Part shown: piece by piece, positions 13,173 through 25,559 of the stretch
Layout: the number at the start of each line of letters is the position of its first letter
How positions within the stretch are numbered: the first letter of the stretch is position 1
NCBI GenBank assembly: GCA_963514005.1
Contig: OY740787.1
Coordinates: forward strand, 73,718,001-73,782,000
DNA length: 64,000 bases
Direction: 5' to 3'
Source of the DNA: Raja brachyura
Lineage: Eukaryota
Notes under the pieces: generated by a model
Told to the model about the DNA's origin: nothing
Databases searched by the model: none
What the model saw: the letters and a program-made list of their open reading frames with translations, nothing else
Made by a program: the position numbers and the translations under genes

Positions 13173-14596
13173 GGAGCAATTCCATTGGCCCACTGAAGAG
13201 TCTACATTTAGCTATTTGGATACTGTGGGAATTCTGCGATTTCTGCTGGGTTTGCGGTTAGACAATTGCCGTTGGAGTAGTCAAAAAACACCAACACAAA
13301 TCTCTGTACCACTTATCCTAACAATTTTAATTTCAATACCTTTCATAAACTGATGATAGCTAGATTTAGCTTTTACAAATACTCAACATCTAATTAGAGA
13401 ACAAGAAAAATAATATGTCAAACAGAAAATAGAAAGGAGAATAGAGGGATACATTGACTGTAGGTAAACACATACCTGATCCAAGTATAGAATTCCAAAA
13501 TACCAAACTACTTCGCAGTTGCTCCCATTACACACAATCTGATCCAACCATAACATTTACAAATAAATTTTGATCCAAGCATAAAATGCTGCTATTAACC
13601 AAGTTTTTTTAATACCACACTACATCTACTCAAAAGAACGGCTAAATTTCACCAAGAGACAGTAGCACAATTTAGAATCTAATAATTTACGTTAAAAAGT
13701 GTTGTTTAGACTGAATTACTGAATGAAGTCACTGTACATTAACTTTAAAACATTAGTTTGTGGCTTTTTAATGAATGGTTAAATTGGCTGCACTAACAGT
13801 TTTTAAATATTTGCAAATTGGCTATTTTTATCTGCAGTTTATGGAAATCCTGATCCAAGCATAATTCTTATTCAAGCATAACATTACTTGGCAATGTAGT
13901 CGTGCTTATAATGATTTGATTCCACCCCTTGTACAAGAAAGGGCAAATTAATAATCATGTAGCAAAACTAATGAATTATGTTCTTCATCTTGCTCCCCCC
14001 CCCACTGTGTACCATTTCTATCAAGTGACATTGATCATCTCCATGCTCACATTTTTAGCCGTTATTTAGCCATAGGAGATGGTCACTAACGATTCTTGAT
14101 TTGTACTCTCACAAAACCATTTGCATTCTCAAAAATTCTGTTATAAAATTAGGATTAAAAAAATCCAAGCACAAAACATGAACTTCCATAGAACAGAGAG
14201 AATTTCTTAATTGAAGCCGATGTCATAACATTCACACTACTCTTTTCCCCCCAATGAGAAATAGGAACTAATTTCCTAAAATATGATTTCTGATGTATGA
14301 TTAAACTCCAAAGGAGGTCCGATATGATGCATCTTTGGTCTATAAATAGTGAAACGCCAATATGAACTTGATTTATACATTAGAAACATTGTTCAGGATG
14401 ACCATCCATCCGTTGATTAGAGTGCGAACATTGAACAGCCAACATTATCTTGATGCCAAGTAAACTATATGAAGGTGCTAACTATTCATTCGTATTAATC
14501 CTGTCTTCAGCCTTATTCTTTCCATCCATGTGGCAACATGTGCTGTTGATTTTGAAAGTTCATTCAGATTTAAAAACAAATAGGAACCCCACTTAC

Positions 14597-14706
14597 AGCA
14601 AGGAATTCTTTAAGACGATCCTCAATGCTTCCTTTATGAATGGTGAACAAGGCGGCAGCAATTTGATTTATCGCTTTGGCCAAACAATGAATGTTGTTGC
14701 AATGCC
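14597..14706 (-). CDS. NCKAP1: NCKAP1 exon: [36 protein letters not shown]
   Basis: 110 nt, tacag acceptor and gtaagt donor, phase 1/0. Confidence 0.97.
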
Positions 14707-16064
14707 CTGTACAGTTAAATAAAGGTAATGTGAAATCATAGACCACACGCAAATCAATGAAACATCAGTCTACCTCATGTGAAGCATAAACACTCAATTT
14801 TTATGCATGATAAATACTTCTGATGTTCTGCAATCTCAATTATTTTTATGTACGCCACATGAAACAAATGGATCTCAAGGCCAACAGATTATAAAACAAT
14901 AAAAACACAGAGCCTGGATTACTGAAATAACTGAGAAAAAAAACATGCTGGAAGTAGTCAGGTGAGGCAAAAACAGAACATAGAAAAAAACCTATTCTTT
15001 TACCTCACCCGAATTAGGAAATGTTAAACAAGCAGTTGTTAAGTCCAAGTTGGTGTGTTAAAAACAAAATACCGTAGATTTTGAATATAGCTCGTTTGAT
15101 TATAACTTGAAATGGTATGATTGTCAGGTGCTTCTAAGACAAACGTCTCTCCAAGACAAACATCTTTGAAGCTATATTCCTCGTTTCTATCAAGTTAACC
15201 CCGACAATCCAATCCCTTGCACCATTTTGTATTGCAAAAAATAGATGGTAAACATGTTATCAAAATATTACTGCATGAATGCTAGGATCAGCTTCATCAC
15301 TGGCCATCTGCAGTTGTTTCTGATTTTAGGGCAGTTGATTAGCTCTGGGGAATCTCTGCAGTTTAGCTTTACATTATTTTACTGTGGTGAGGCTTGAAAT
15401 TGAATGTGCACGCTGAATCACTTCTACAGCAATGTCAAAATCTACTCAATGTAAGCATATGTTGGACATTTTGCATCCACTTCCTGACATTTGACGTACC
15501 TCAATTTTATTTGGATTACACTCAAAAGGTATTTCATTGATATATTTTAACCATCAGAAATAGGACAAATTGTAAAAGAGCATGGTTGCATTTTAGTTTC
15601 CTTTATTATTGTTACATGTATCGAAGTACAGGGAAAAGCTTTTGTTGCGTGCTATCCAGTCAAAAAGACTGGACATTGTTGCTCCTAATGAGATGATGAC
15701 TTAAAGACTAGATCCTTTGATCCTCAAAACCGTGCCATGGAAATTCTTAAAACACTTTTTCACAAATGTCTGGCAGATGTTATTTGATGCTGGGGAATAA
15801 AATACCTGGATCTACTGCAGACTTTTTGCTTTAAAACAAGTGCGGTATAAATCAAATTTTGTTTAAGGTATTGAGCCAAATTTCAAACATAGTAAGAATT
15901 TTAAACTACAGACTAAAAGTAAATGTGTAGGTACCACGAAGGGAAATCTTTCTCACCCCAAGCATAAGACAAATGACTTACACAATGCACAAGCTGAGGT
16001 TGCTCAAGTATTAAAGGAAAAATGCAGAACATCATGCCAGGATTTTAAAATTGTTTTACAAATA

Positions 16065-17719
16065 CACTGCCCTCCATAATGTTTTGGACAAAGACCCATC
16101 ATTTATTTATTTACCTCTCTAGTCCACAATTTGAGATTTGTAATAAAAAAAAAATCACGTGTGGTTAAAATGCATATTGTCAGATTTTAATAAAGGCCAT
16201 TTTTATACATTTTGGTTTCACCATGCAGAAATGACAGCTGTGTTTATACATAGTCCCCCCATTTCAGGGCACCATAATGTTTGGGACACAGCAATGTCAT
16301 GTAAATGAAAATAGTTATGTTTAGTATTTTGTTGCCTATCCTTTGCATGCAGTGACTGCTTGAAGTGTATGATTCATGGATATCACCAGTTGCTGGGTAT
16401 CTTCTCTGGTGATGCTCTGCCAGGCCTGTATTGCAGTCATCTTTAGCTTATGCTTGTTTTGGGGGCTAGTCCCCTTCAGTTTTCTCTTCAGCATATAAAC
16501 AGCATGCTCAATAGCGTTCAGATCGGGTGATTGACTTGGCCACTCAAGAATTGATCATTTTTTAGCTTTCAAAAAACCCCTTTGTTTCTTTAACAGTATG
16601 TTTGGGATCATTGCCTTGCTGTAGAATAAACCAGCGGCCAATGAGTTTTGAGGCATTTGTTTGAACTTGAGCAGATATGTTGTGTCTACACACTTCAAAA
16701 TTCAATATGCTACTACCATCAGCAGTTGATTCAACAATGAAGATAAGCGAGGCAGTACCTTCAGCAGCCATACATGCCCAGGCCATAACACCCCCACCAC
16801 CATATTTCACAGATGAGGTGGTACGCTTTGGATCTTGGGCAGTTCCTTCTCTCCTCCATACTTTGCTCTTGCCATCACTCTGATATAAGTTAATCTTCGT
16901 CTCATCTGTCCACAAGACCTTTTTCCAGAACTGTAGTTGCTCTTTTAAGTACTTCTTAGCAAACTGTAACCTGGTCATCCTACTTTTGCAGCTAACCAGT
17001 GGTTTGCATCTTGCAGTGCAGCCTCTGTATTTCGATTCATGAAGTCTTCTGCAGACAGTGGTCATTGACAAAGCCACACCCGACTCCTGAAGAGTGTTTC
17101 TGATCTGTCGGACAGGTGTTTGTGGATTTTTCTTTATTATAGAGATACTTCTTCTGTCATCAGTTGTGGAGGTCTTCCTTGGCCTGCCAATCCCTTTGCG
17201 ATTAGTAAGCTCACCAGTGCTCTCTTTCTTCTTAATAATGTCCCAAACCAGTGATTATGGTAAGCCTACGGTTTGGCTGATGTCTCTAACAGTTTTATTC
17301 TTGTTTCTAAGTCTCAAAATGACTTTATTTGACTTTCATTGTCACAACTTTGCTCCTCATGTTGATAAACAGCAATAAAAGTTTCCAACGGTGATGGAAA
17401 GACTGGAGGAAAGACTAGGTGCTGCAAGCTCTCTTATACCTGCATTAAGGAGGCATTCAAACACACCTGAGCAATTACAAACACCTGTGAAGTCATGTGT
17501 CCCAAACATTATGGTGCCCTGAAACGGGGGGGACTATGTATAAAAACCCAGCTGCAATTTCTACATGGTGAAACCAAAATGTATAAAAATACCGTTTAAT
17601 GAAATCTGACAATGTGCACTTTAACCACATGTGATTTTTTAATATTACAAATCTCAAATTGTGGAGTACAGAGGCAAATAAATGATGGGTCTTATTCCCA
17701 AACATTATGGAGGGCACTG
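16065..17719 (-). mobile_element. Full-length Tc1-family DNA transposon (IR-DR type), inactive
   Basis: About 225-bp TIRs (16065-16290 and 17496-17719), each with an internal direct repeat ccataatgttt(g/t)ggaca; TA at 16063-64, right flank reads TT. Confidence 0.95.
16321..17360 (-). pseudogene. Tc1 transposase pseudogene, DD34E type
   Basis: ATG at 17360; GRPRK, WTDETKIN, QQGNDPKH (catalytic D changed to G) and SPDLNAIE motifs; in-frame stops and frameshifts. Confidence 0.92.
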
Positions 17720-18014
17720 TTGTTTCCTTCACTTATCTTAAATGCATATAGTACTGTATAGCAAACGGTATAATTAGTTAACATACACAACATTATAACT
17801 TTATACACAACATTAATTTTAAGAATCTAAACTGAACATCTGCTATTTATTCCCCGCAAAATAGAAATGAATACAATCTTTTCAATGTCAATTACATTAA
17901 TGAAATGTTGAAATAGAATCCTCAACGATAGGTTTTTGTAATGACAGCATCTGAAACTTCAAGATTATATCCATGATTGATCTTGACACTTCACTGAAGA
18001 AAACCAGTACTTAC

Positions 18015-18131
18015 CTTCAATAGCAGGACTATACTGGGACATAACATTACTGGCTAGAGTTGGAAGAGATACAGCAACAAACACCATCAGGAGGCAGGCA
18101 ATCTTATATTCTTCCTCAGGACTAATATTCT
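18015..18131 (-). CDS. NCKAP1: NCKAP1 exon: [38 protein letters not shown](G)
   Basis: 117 nt, tttcacag acceptor and gtaagt donor, phase 1/1. Confidence 0.97.
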
Positions 18132-18524
18132 CTGTGAAATGGGAGAGTATCAATTAACACCATAACAAGCAATACTTTAATCAGCATTTTTAAATAAATT
18201 TTAGTCTGACTTTGCTAAATCTACTGAAACAGTGTTAGTAAAATTCTAGTCATTACATTATGTACAAAATATATCAATATTAGAAAGTGGTACAAGGTAC
18301 ATTTGTTAATATAAGAGAAAAGGAATGCACCATTATGCCTTCAAGTTTGTTTCATTAATTTGCACCTCAAATCTATTTTGGTGTCTATAGTGACATTCAT
18401 GGATAGCAACTCAAACATGAATCTTAAACTTTGATGTACCCCCTCATGCCAAAATATGTACTTCCTGCTTTCATTCCTGACTGATACAGCTGTAATTTGG
18501 TGAAATAAATACAATACACTTAGG

Positions 18525-18752
18525 GTCATGGAGTCATGGTGTGGAAATAGGCCCTTCGGCCCAACTTGCGTCCACTGACCAACATGTTCGATCTACACTA
18601 GTCCCACTTGCCTGTGTTTAGCCCATGTCCCTCTGAACATGTCCTATACATGTACCCGTCTAATTGCTCCTTAAATATTTCGATAGTCCCTGCCTCAACT
18701 ACCTCCTCCGGCAGCTCATTCCATACACTCACCACCCTTTGTGTAAAAAAAG
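18525..18752 (-). mobile_element. CR1 3' end fragment
   Basis: aggcccttcggccc 3' UTR motif; degenerate FTQRVVSVWNELP...VVEAG. Confidence 0.75.
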
Positions 18753-19670
18753 GTACCTGTCAAAAAGATCATGTCAAGCATATTTTGGTTGCAAAGCACT
18801 TTGGGGCATACTGAGCTTCAGAGTCACCAAACCATTTAGTTTGCAGCAAGCAAGGGCCACCTTTTGAATCAATTTATCAGTGCTGCCTATTGCCCAAGGA
18901 AGTGAACATTCCAGGAAACATTTAACTCTTGGAGTGCTCAGACTTCATTAAAAATACAATACTTTAAAAAAAAAAAAAAACATTTGTGCAGAGCCTTTCA
19001 CAACATTAGAGCATACCAAAGCATCTCATCGTTGGTACTGCATCAGTAACTTATTAAAAAAAAAACAAATTGATTCCAAAACTTTGAGATATCATGGTTA
19101 CAAGATATGTTTCAACTTTTTTGTTTGCATTGAAGTACCTTTGAAGTTCAATCATAATACATAAAGAAACAAGCAAAAGGATTTGCCGTGGAATTTGAGG
19201 GAGTGGCAAAGGATTGCTTCAAAGTTCTCTATGTAGCTAATCATATAGCCTAAGAGGTATCATAACATACGTTTCGATTCTTTATAATCAATAAATGCCA
19301 GACTTGAGCACCTAGCTAAGCTTATGTTCCAAACCTTTACATGAGGTAATAACAATGGATTCAATCATACCATCGTATCATAATGTGACAATTTAAAAGG
19401 TTTTGCTGTTGGATCTGGTTTGTTTGTCAATTGATGCAGTTGCAAATGATGCGGGCAAGGCTGCATTTATTCATCTCATTTGATTTAGGATGGTGGTAAG
19501 GCTATTTCAGAGGGTAGTTGGAATGCCTAAAAACAAAACAGTTAGGAATGGCAATTTCATGCACTGGAATAATAGTGAACCAGGTACATTTTGCATAATG
19601 ATTGATTATAGAACAATGACTAGTGCTGTAATAACTCCAAGTTATTTGAATTTTGAAGACAACACACTAA

Positions 19671-20409
19671 AGAGCCTGCCCCACTGACGCGACCTTTCAG
19701 CGACTGTCTTCGACCATCAAGCTCGAGGGTACTCGCCTGGAAAACCTCGAGGTGGATCGACCGTCAGCGATGAAACCGCGAGCTGGATCGACCGACCGCA
19801 CACACACATCGCAAAGGCGGGGGCCAGGGAAAGCGGGGGAGCGCTGTCTGAAGTTCACACCCGCGATGAACAGAAAGGTAAAAGACGGCTGCACAGTGTA
19901 TGGCAAGTCCTTTAGAGAGCGCGGAGGGGGAGGGGGAGCGAGAAGGGGAGAGATGGGAAGACAAAGTGGGGTGGGGGGGGGGGAAAGAGAAGGAGTGGAG
20001 ACACTTTTAAGAAGCCAGACAACGTTTAATAAAGTTTAGCGGGCATTTTACATTACCGGTTGGTTTTCCTTGGTCCTGAAAACTGCAATGAGCCAATTAA
20101 AATGCCCGGTCAGCGAAGGAGATTGCCTACGGCTGCCCTCGACTGCCTGTAACTACATAGCGATCCCACTCCACTGCACTACGGGTTCAAAAGAACCATG
20201 CCGACCAATTTTTACTCGCGGATTATTTTTCAACATGCTGAAAAATGTTCTTCGACCAAACTGAGGCCGCATGTATGCGGGAACTTCCCTCGAGCATGAA
20301 GGAGAGTTCCAGTGACCTCATAGGACCACGTGTCGACCATGCTGCGGGTTTGAGTCGAGGGCAAACACTTCTAAACTCGCAATTAGGTCGCCGCAGTGGG
20401 CCAGCCCTT
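19671..20409. mobile_element. Non-autonomous PIF/Harbinger-type element (MITE)
   Basis: Imperfect TIRs agagcctgccccactg / cagtgggccagccctt; TAA target-site duplication at 19668-70 and 20410-12; GC-rich interior. Confidence 0.8.
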
Positions 20410-20870
20410 TAAAGCAAAAAGAAAATCCAAACATTATGACCACTTCACTTCAAAGGAATAAACTGCTTTTTAAAAATCAGTTGGCTTTTTTTTTGTTACA
20501 TGCTTATAATTTATGGAAGCTTTGTTATTATAAAGGGATTTGATGAATTTCTGATTTTGGTGAATGATCTTAAACTTTTTGTAAAAAGAGGAAAATTATA
20601 TGTTGCAATGCATGAAGAGCACTGCAAACTTTAAACGCTACATCCTCATATACATTGCACGTGGCAAACTTCATTGCACGCTTTGCACGTAGGCTGGAAC
20701 TGGAAACTGAATGAATGTCGGTCACTAATCAACAAGTCAGCCTGTGCACCATTGCCAATATACAGTACTGGCCAACTTGTACCAGTATCAGGAAATAATC
20801 AGTTCTCATCCATGCAATCTACAATCCAGCTATTGAATCAGGCACAATTCAAAGTATTCTTAGATTCTTA

Positions 20871-21537
20871 AGGGCCTGTCCCACTTACGTGTCCTTGGCA
20901 TGAAAATTACGCGACGTCGTCGTCTCGTTGAGGCGCACGGGCATCGTATGGCCACGCAGGGCCGGTCCCACTGAGAAGCGCAGAGGGGTATGTAGTGCTG
21001 GGCTCCAAAATTTTTATAACGAACGAAATCTTTGCGGGCCAACCGCCTGTCGTGTAACTGACGGCCATAGTGGGACAGGCCCAAGACCCTGGCGCAATGC
21101 AACATCTCATCTCCAACAGCAGTAGAAGCAGGCAAACGATCACCGAACTCGGCCTGGGGCTCACGGCTGTTGCGGTCCGGATCCGCCCCCACTTCTACTC
21201 CCAGAGCGGGGCCAAGAAAATTGAAGAGAGGCACAAAATGCAGGAGTAATTCAGCGGGACCGGCAGCTTCTCTGGAGAGAAGCAATGGGTGACGTTTCGG
21301 GTCAAGACCCTTCTTTCAGACTGAAGAGTCTCGACACGAAACATCATCCATTGCTTCTCTCCAGAGATGCTGCCGGTCCCGCTGAGTTACTGCTGCATTT
21401 TGTGTCCATCTTCAAATAACGTCACGCGCTCCAGACGGCTGGGCGGTCGAATGAAGTCGTGCGGGACCGTCATGGCTCAACCCGACCACGAGGTCACGTA
21501 ATTAGCGTGCCAAGGACACGTAAGTGGGACAGGGGCT
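20871..21537. mobile_element. Non-autonomous PIF/Harbinger-type element containing a palindromic Penelope-derived insert
   Basis: About 60-bp imperfect TIRs starting agggcctgtcccacttacgtgtccttggca; TTA TSD at 20868-70 and 21538-40. Confidence 0.88.
21221..21415. repeat. Palindromic Penelope-derived short element with hammerhead-like cores on both strands
   Basis: Two inverted arms of about 95 bp; minus strand reads gtctgaaagaagggtcttgacccgaaacgtcacc. Confidence 0.8.
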
Positions 21538-22319
21538 TTAGACTTTAACGGTTGCCCTAGGTTAAATATGGGCAACCTTTCTTATAATATATAGTCTTAA
21601 AGGGAGCTGAGAAGAGATGAAACGATCCAAAATGTATGTTTTGATGAAAACTTATTGGACCTCAAGACCACAAACACAAAAGGAAGGTGAAATGGAGCAC
21701 TCCAGCTGTTCTGCCATTTGATAAGATCACTTTTTTTTGGCATCAGGGTCACTATCCTCAACTTGCCCCACATTTCTTGAATCTCCTAATATTCCAAAAT
21801 ATATTATTTAATAAATGAAATGAAAATATTAAAAAAAAAATCACTGCCTCAGATTAAAAATATACTTGTCTGTGATTAACAGGATATAAAATTATTCTCA
21901 ACTTAAAATTAATTTTATAAATTGCGAACGGCAACAGCAGATAAATATGAATAAATTATTTCCTTGGCTCTGTTCTTCTTAAGCTCCAATATCACAAATA
22001 TCTACCAAGTTAACAATTTTTCAAATTCTCATCTTCCACTTCCTGCATTAAAAGAGCCTCAACCACTTTAATACATCTAGAATTCCTTTCCTAAAGCCTT
22101 CTACCTTTCTCTCTTAGACGTCATAATAATGCTACAAACAATGTTGTTTGCTTGCATCTCTTTTATAATTACATTTCCATTGTTGTTTCAGCAGGTTTAT
22201 TTTGGTAGCTGAAGTTTGCATGCCAAACTAAAGCTCATAAAATGGATACTTATGAAATACGAATAGACATGTCTGTCAGGCAATCCTTCCAACTCCACAT
22301 ATATCCATGATGCTGGTTC

Positions 22320-22585
22320 AAGTCTTTATAGCAGCATCAAGAACTCGCCAGCAAGAGAGCAGCCCTGACCTTCGATCTTCCTCATTGGAGATCTTAAAAC
22401 TATCTTTAATCAGAAATTATTGTACTTTATCTTGCACTAAACCTTATACCCTTTATCCTAAATCTGTACACTGCAGACAGCTTGATTGTAATCATGTATA
22501 GTCTTTTCACCGACTGGATAGCGGGCAACAAAGCATTTCACAGTACCTCGGTACACGTGACAACAATAAACTAAAACTAAACTAA
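22320..22585 (+). mobile_element. LINE 3' UTR and tail (Rex1/L2-like); reverse copies at about 11645-11725 and 15590-15680
   Basis: Shared motif ctggatagc...caacaaagc...tcacagtacctcggtacacgtgacaa...aataaa followed by an (actaa)n tail. Confidence 0.65.
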
Positions 22586-25465
22586 TTGTTTTAACAGGAA
22601 AAGCATTAACATGACACACATTGAATGTTCTGCATCTTTAAAAATATTCTAACTGTAGCCTTAAAAATCCAATAATGTGCCATCTAAAAATAAAGCCTTC
22701 ATTTATGAAAACTAAATTGACCTATGTTAAAAATGCCACCTCATCTTTTACGCAACATACTTTTATGCAACACAAGATAAATTGAGGAAAAAGTATATCT
22801 AGATCATTCATGCCGAATATTGTTTGTAAAATCAGAGCAAAATGTGGATGAAAAATTATCCATGAACCAGGTGAGGAAAGTAGGAAGACAATCTGTGAAA
22901 ATGTAACTTTCACAGAGCTGCCTGGTCTTCTGGTTGGCATTTTGTTGGAAAAAGATGAACCAGGAAAGCTCTACCTCACACACGAGTCACCAACTTACAA
23001 GAAATATTGCTGCAATTTTTTTAGTCCACGCAGTGATCAAACTGTAGTTCTATGAGCTCATGCAGATGATATGAAGAGAACCAATTAAAAAAAAACTGAA
23101 ATAATGACAGATTCGTTTTTCCACAGTTGTATAATGTCCTTTCTATCTCTTTTCATTTATTTTTTGGTTTGGTCATCATATATGTGTAGAGCCTTGTACA
23201 CTGCAACACCAACTTTCCTTTAGCAATTACCAGGTCTCATTTTTCCAAAATGTTATCCTGCAGTCAAAACCAAATTAACTACCGCAGAACTAAAAGGGAA
23301 ATAAATGCTAGGTGACACATTCGGAAAGAATTTCAGAAAAGAATGTGTGTGAATTTTAGTGTGTATTTTCAAACCAAATAAACAATATTTTGCAATTAAA
23401 CAGAAGTAAAACAAGATACTTATAATATTTGGTCACAGATAGCTCAGCCCAAAGGCTTGGAAGAAGTCTTGGAGGATTTGGGCTGGTGACATTAAATATT
23501 TCACTTATTTGTTAGTAATAAGAGCCCAAACACCCGGATGCTTTTGTGCATAGTTGAGAACAAACTCTTACATGCTAGCAGATATAGTCAAATTCTACTA
23601 GAACATTTAGTTTCTGCACTAAATGTTAATGCAGCACACTATCATCTATTCACAAAACATATTCCCTTTTCAAATGTCAACACATTGGTCAAAAACAATT
23701 TATCTTTCACTAAAGTTTGTTAACTGCTGATAAAATACTACTAGAAATATCCTAGGTTATAAACATTTTAACAATTACCTGCCATTTCCCCAACAACAAT
23801 TGTTAATCTAACTGGCCTGTAGTATTTTGCTTTGTCTCACTCCCTTGTAAAATTGAGTATATTTGCTGTTTTCCCAATCTAATTGAACCTACCCAGGGTC
23901 TAAAGCAATCTTAGAACATTAACCATCTCATTGACATAGACACAAAAAAACTGGAGTACCTCAGCGGGTCAGACAGCATATCTGAAGAAAACAAATAGGT
24001 GACGTTTTGGGTCAAAACATCACATATTCCTTTTCAGTTTAAACCAGCATCTGCAGTTCCTTCCTACACATCTCACTGACCACTTATTTTAAGACCCTAG
24101 GACAAAGTTTGTGAGGACATTAGGACTTGGAAGGTCGATGGCCCACATTTAATAAATTGACTTTGTCTTACCACCCTTGATTATAGATTTTCTCAACAAC
24201 CTCCTTGGCTTCTCACTCCATATTTAGAACTATTTCAGTTTATGTATATATTTTACAGTGAAAACATGCAAGTTGGAACAGTTTCAAAAATGAAAAAGGT
24301 GCGCTTAATGGCATTGTATCATAATGATGCACTTGCAAGAATGTAGATGTCTAATGACTGAAACAAACAAATGAGGATGATCGGATGTGACAGAGATATG
24401 TTGCATGGAGATCAAAGCTGAGATCGACTACTTTGGAATCTTTGCCTTTTGGGAAGGACAAGCACAAAGAAAAAGTGACATAAAGAACTGTAAATTCTGG
24501 AATCTTGAGCAAAACTCTGCTGGAGAAATGTAGCAAGTCGCCAATGTTTACGGTTAGGACCAGAAACCTCTGTAGCAGGGTCTTGACCTGAAACACCACT
24601 GATCCATTCCCTCCACAGAGGCTGCCTGATCTTCTGAGTTCCTCCAGCAGTTCGTTATTTTTCCCCAAAGAAACCAGTCTCCAGGGGCTACAACACAAGA
24701 AGCAACAACAACTGCTTCAACTGGACCATGCAGTGAGTGGAGGGGTCGCTGGTGCACCTTGTGAGTCTGGCGGGGGCTCACGGAAGCCTGCGCTCCAAGC
24801 GGCTAGTGAGGCTGAAACCAAAATCAATTATGAAGGGGTCTGTTAAAATGAGGGTTCACTATGTATAAAAAGGAAGAGAGATCCTAGTGAATACTGGCTC
24901 TTGGAGGCTGGAGATTTTTTTTAATGAGAATAAGCAATGACAGATATTTTGCATCAATCCTTATGGTAGAAGACTCACAAATCTGTTGCTAATTAAATGC
25001 AATAAATATGACTCAATGTATTTGACCATGGAAAGTAAATAATGGACTGGTTGGGCTGACTGCCCATTTCCCTACAGTAACTTCTAGGTTTCCAAGTACA
25101 CACGCAAACATGATTGAAAAAAAATAAGCCACCAATAAATCTTCTACACTACCTACTCAATCGACGTACAACATTTAAAGAAATACTTGTCATTATTATT
25201 GTCTTCATCTTATGTTGGGAGTATATTAAAATCTTCCCGATTCTAAAACTTGCTAATGCCATAGTTGGAAAGGACCCCCAAACAAATTTGCCCACAGTTT
25301 GCAGCAATGCGAAATCCTATCTCTCTGCACCCAATACCATTTCCATTGTTTCACCGACTTTATAGATCTTGGAAATCTGATCTTACACTTTAAGTCTGCA
25401 AATGGAAACACACAATGAAAGAGTTATTGAAGATTATTCTGAAACTACATTGCAGAGTCCAATAC

Positions 25466-25559
25466 CTGACTTTTGCGATGACAGAGCAACCACCAATGCA
25501 GGGTCAATTTCACAAGGCAATCCCGATGCTGAAGAAAGTTCATACACATTCATTGCAAC
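25466..25559 (-). CDS. NCKAP1: NCKAP1 exon: [31 protein letters not shown](E)
   Basis: 94 nt, gtgcag acceptor and gtatt donor, phase 0/1. Confidence 0.96.

Noticed and set aside
13477-14174. CRISPR-like reading of the repeated 14-mer
   Set aside because: Vertebrate intron, repeat too short, spacing irregular (3-280 nt), and no cas genes.
17094-17378. 94-aa plus-strand ORF
   Set aside because: Antisense to the Tc1 transposase N-terminus.
19671-21537. CpG island or internal promoter (also 35093-35567)
   Set aside because: CpG richness is confined exactly between TIR/TSD boundaries, so MITEs explain it.
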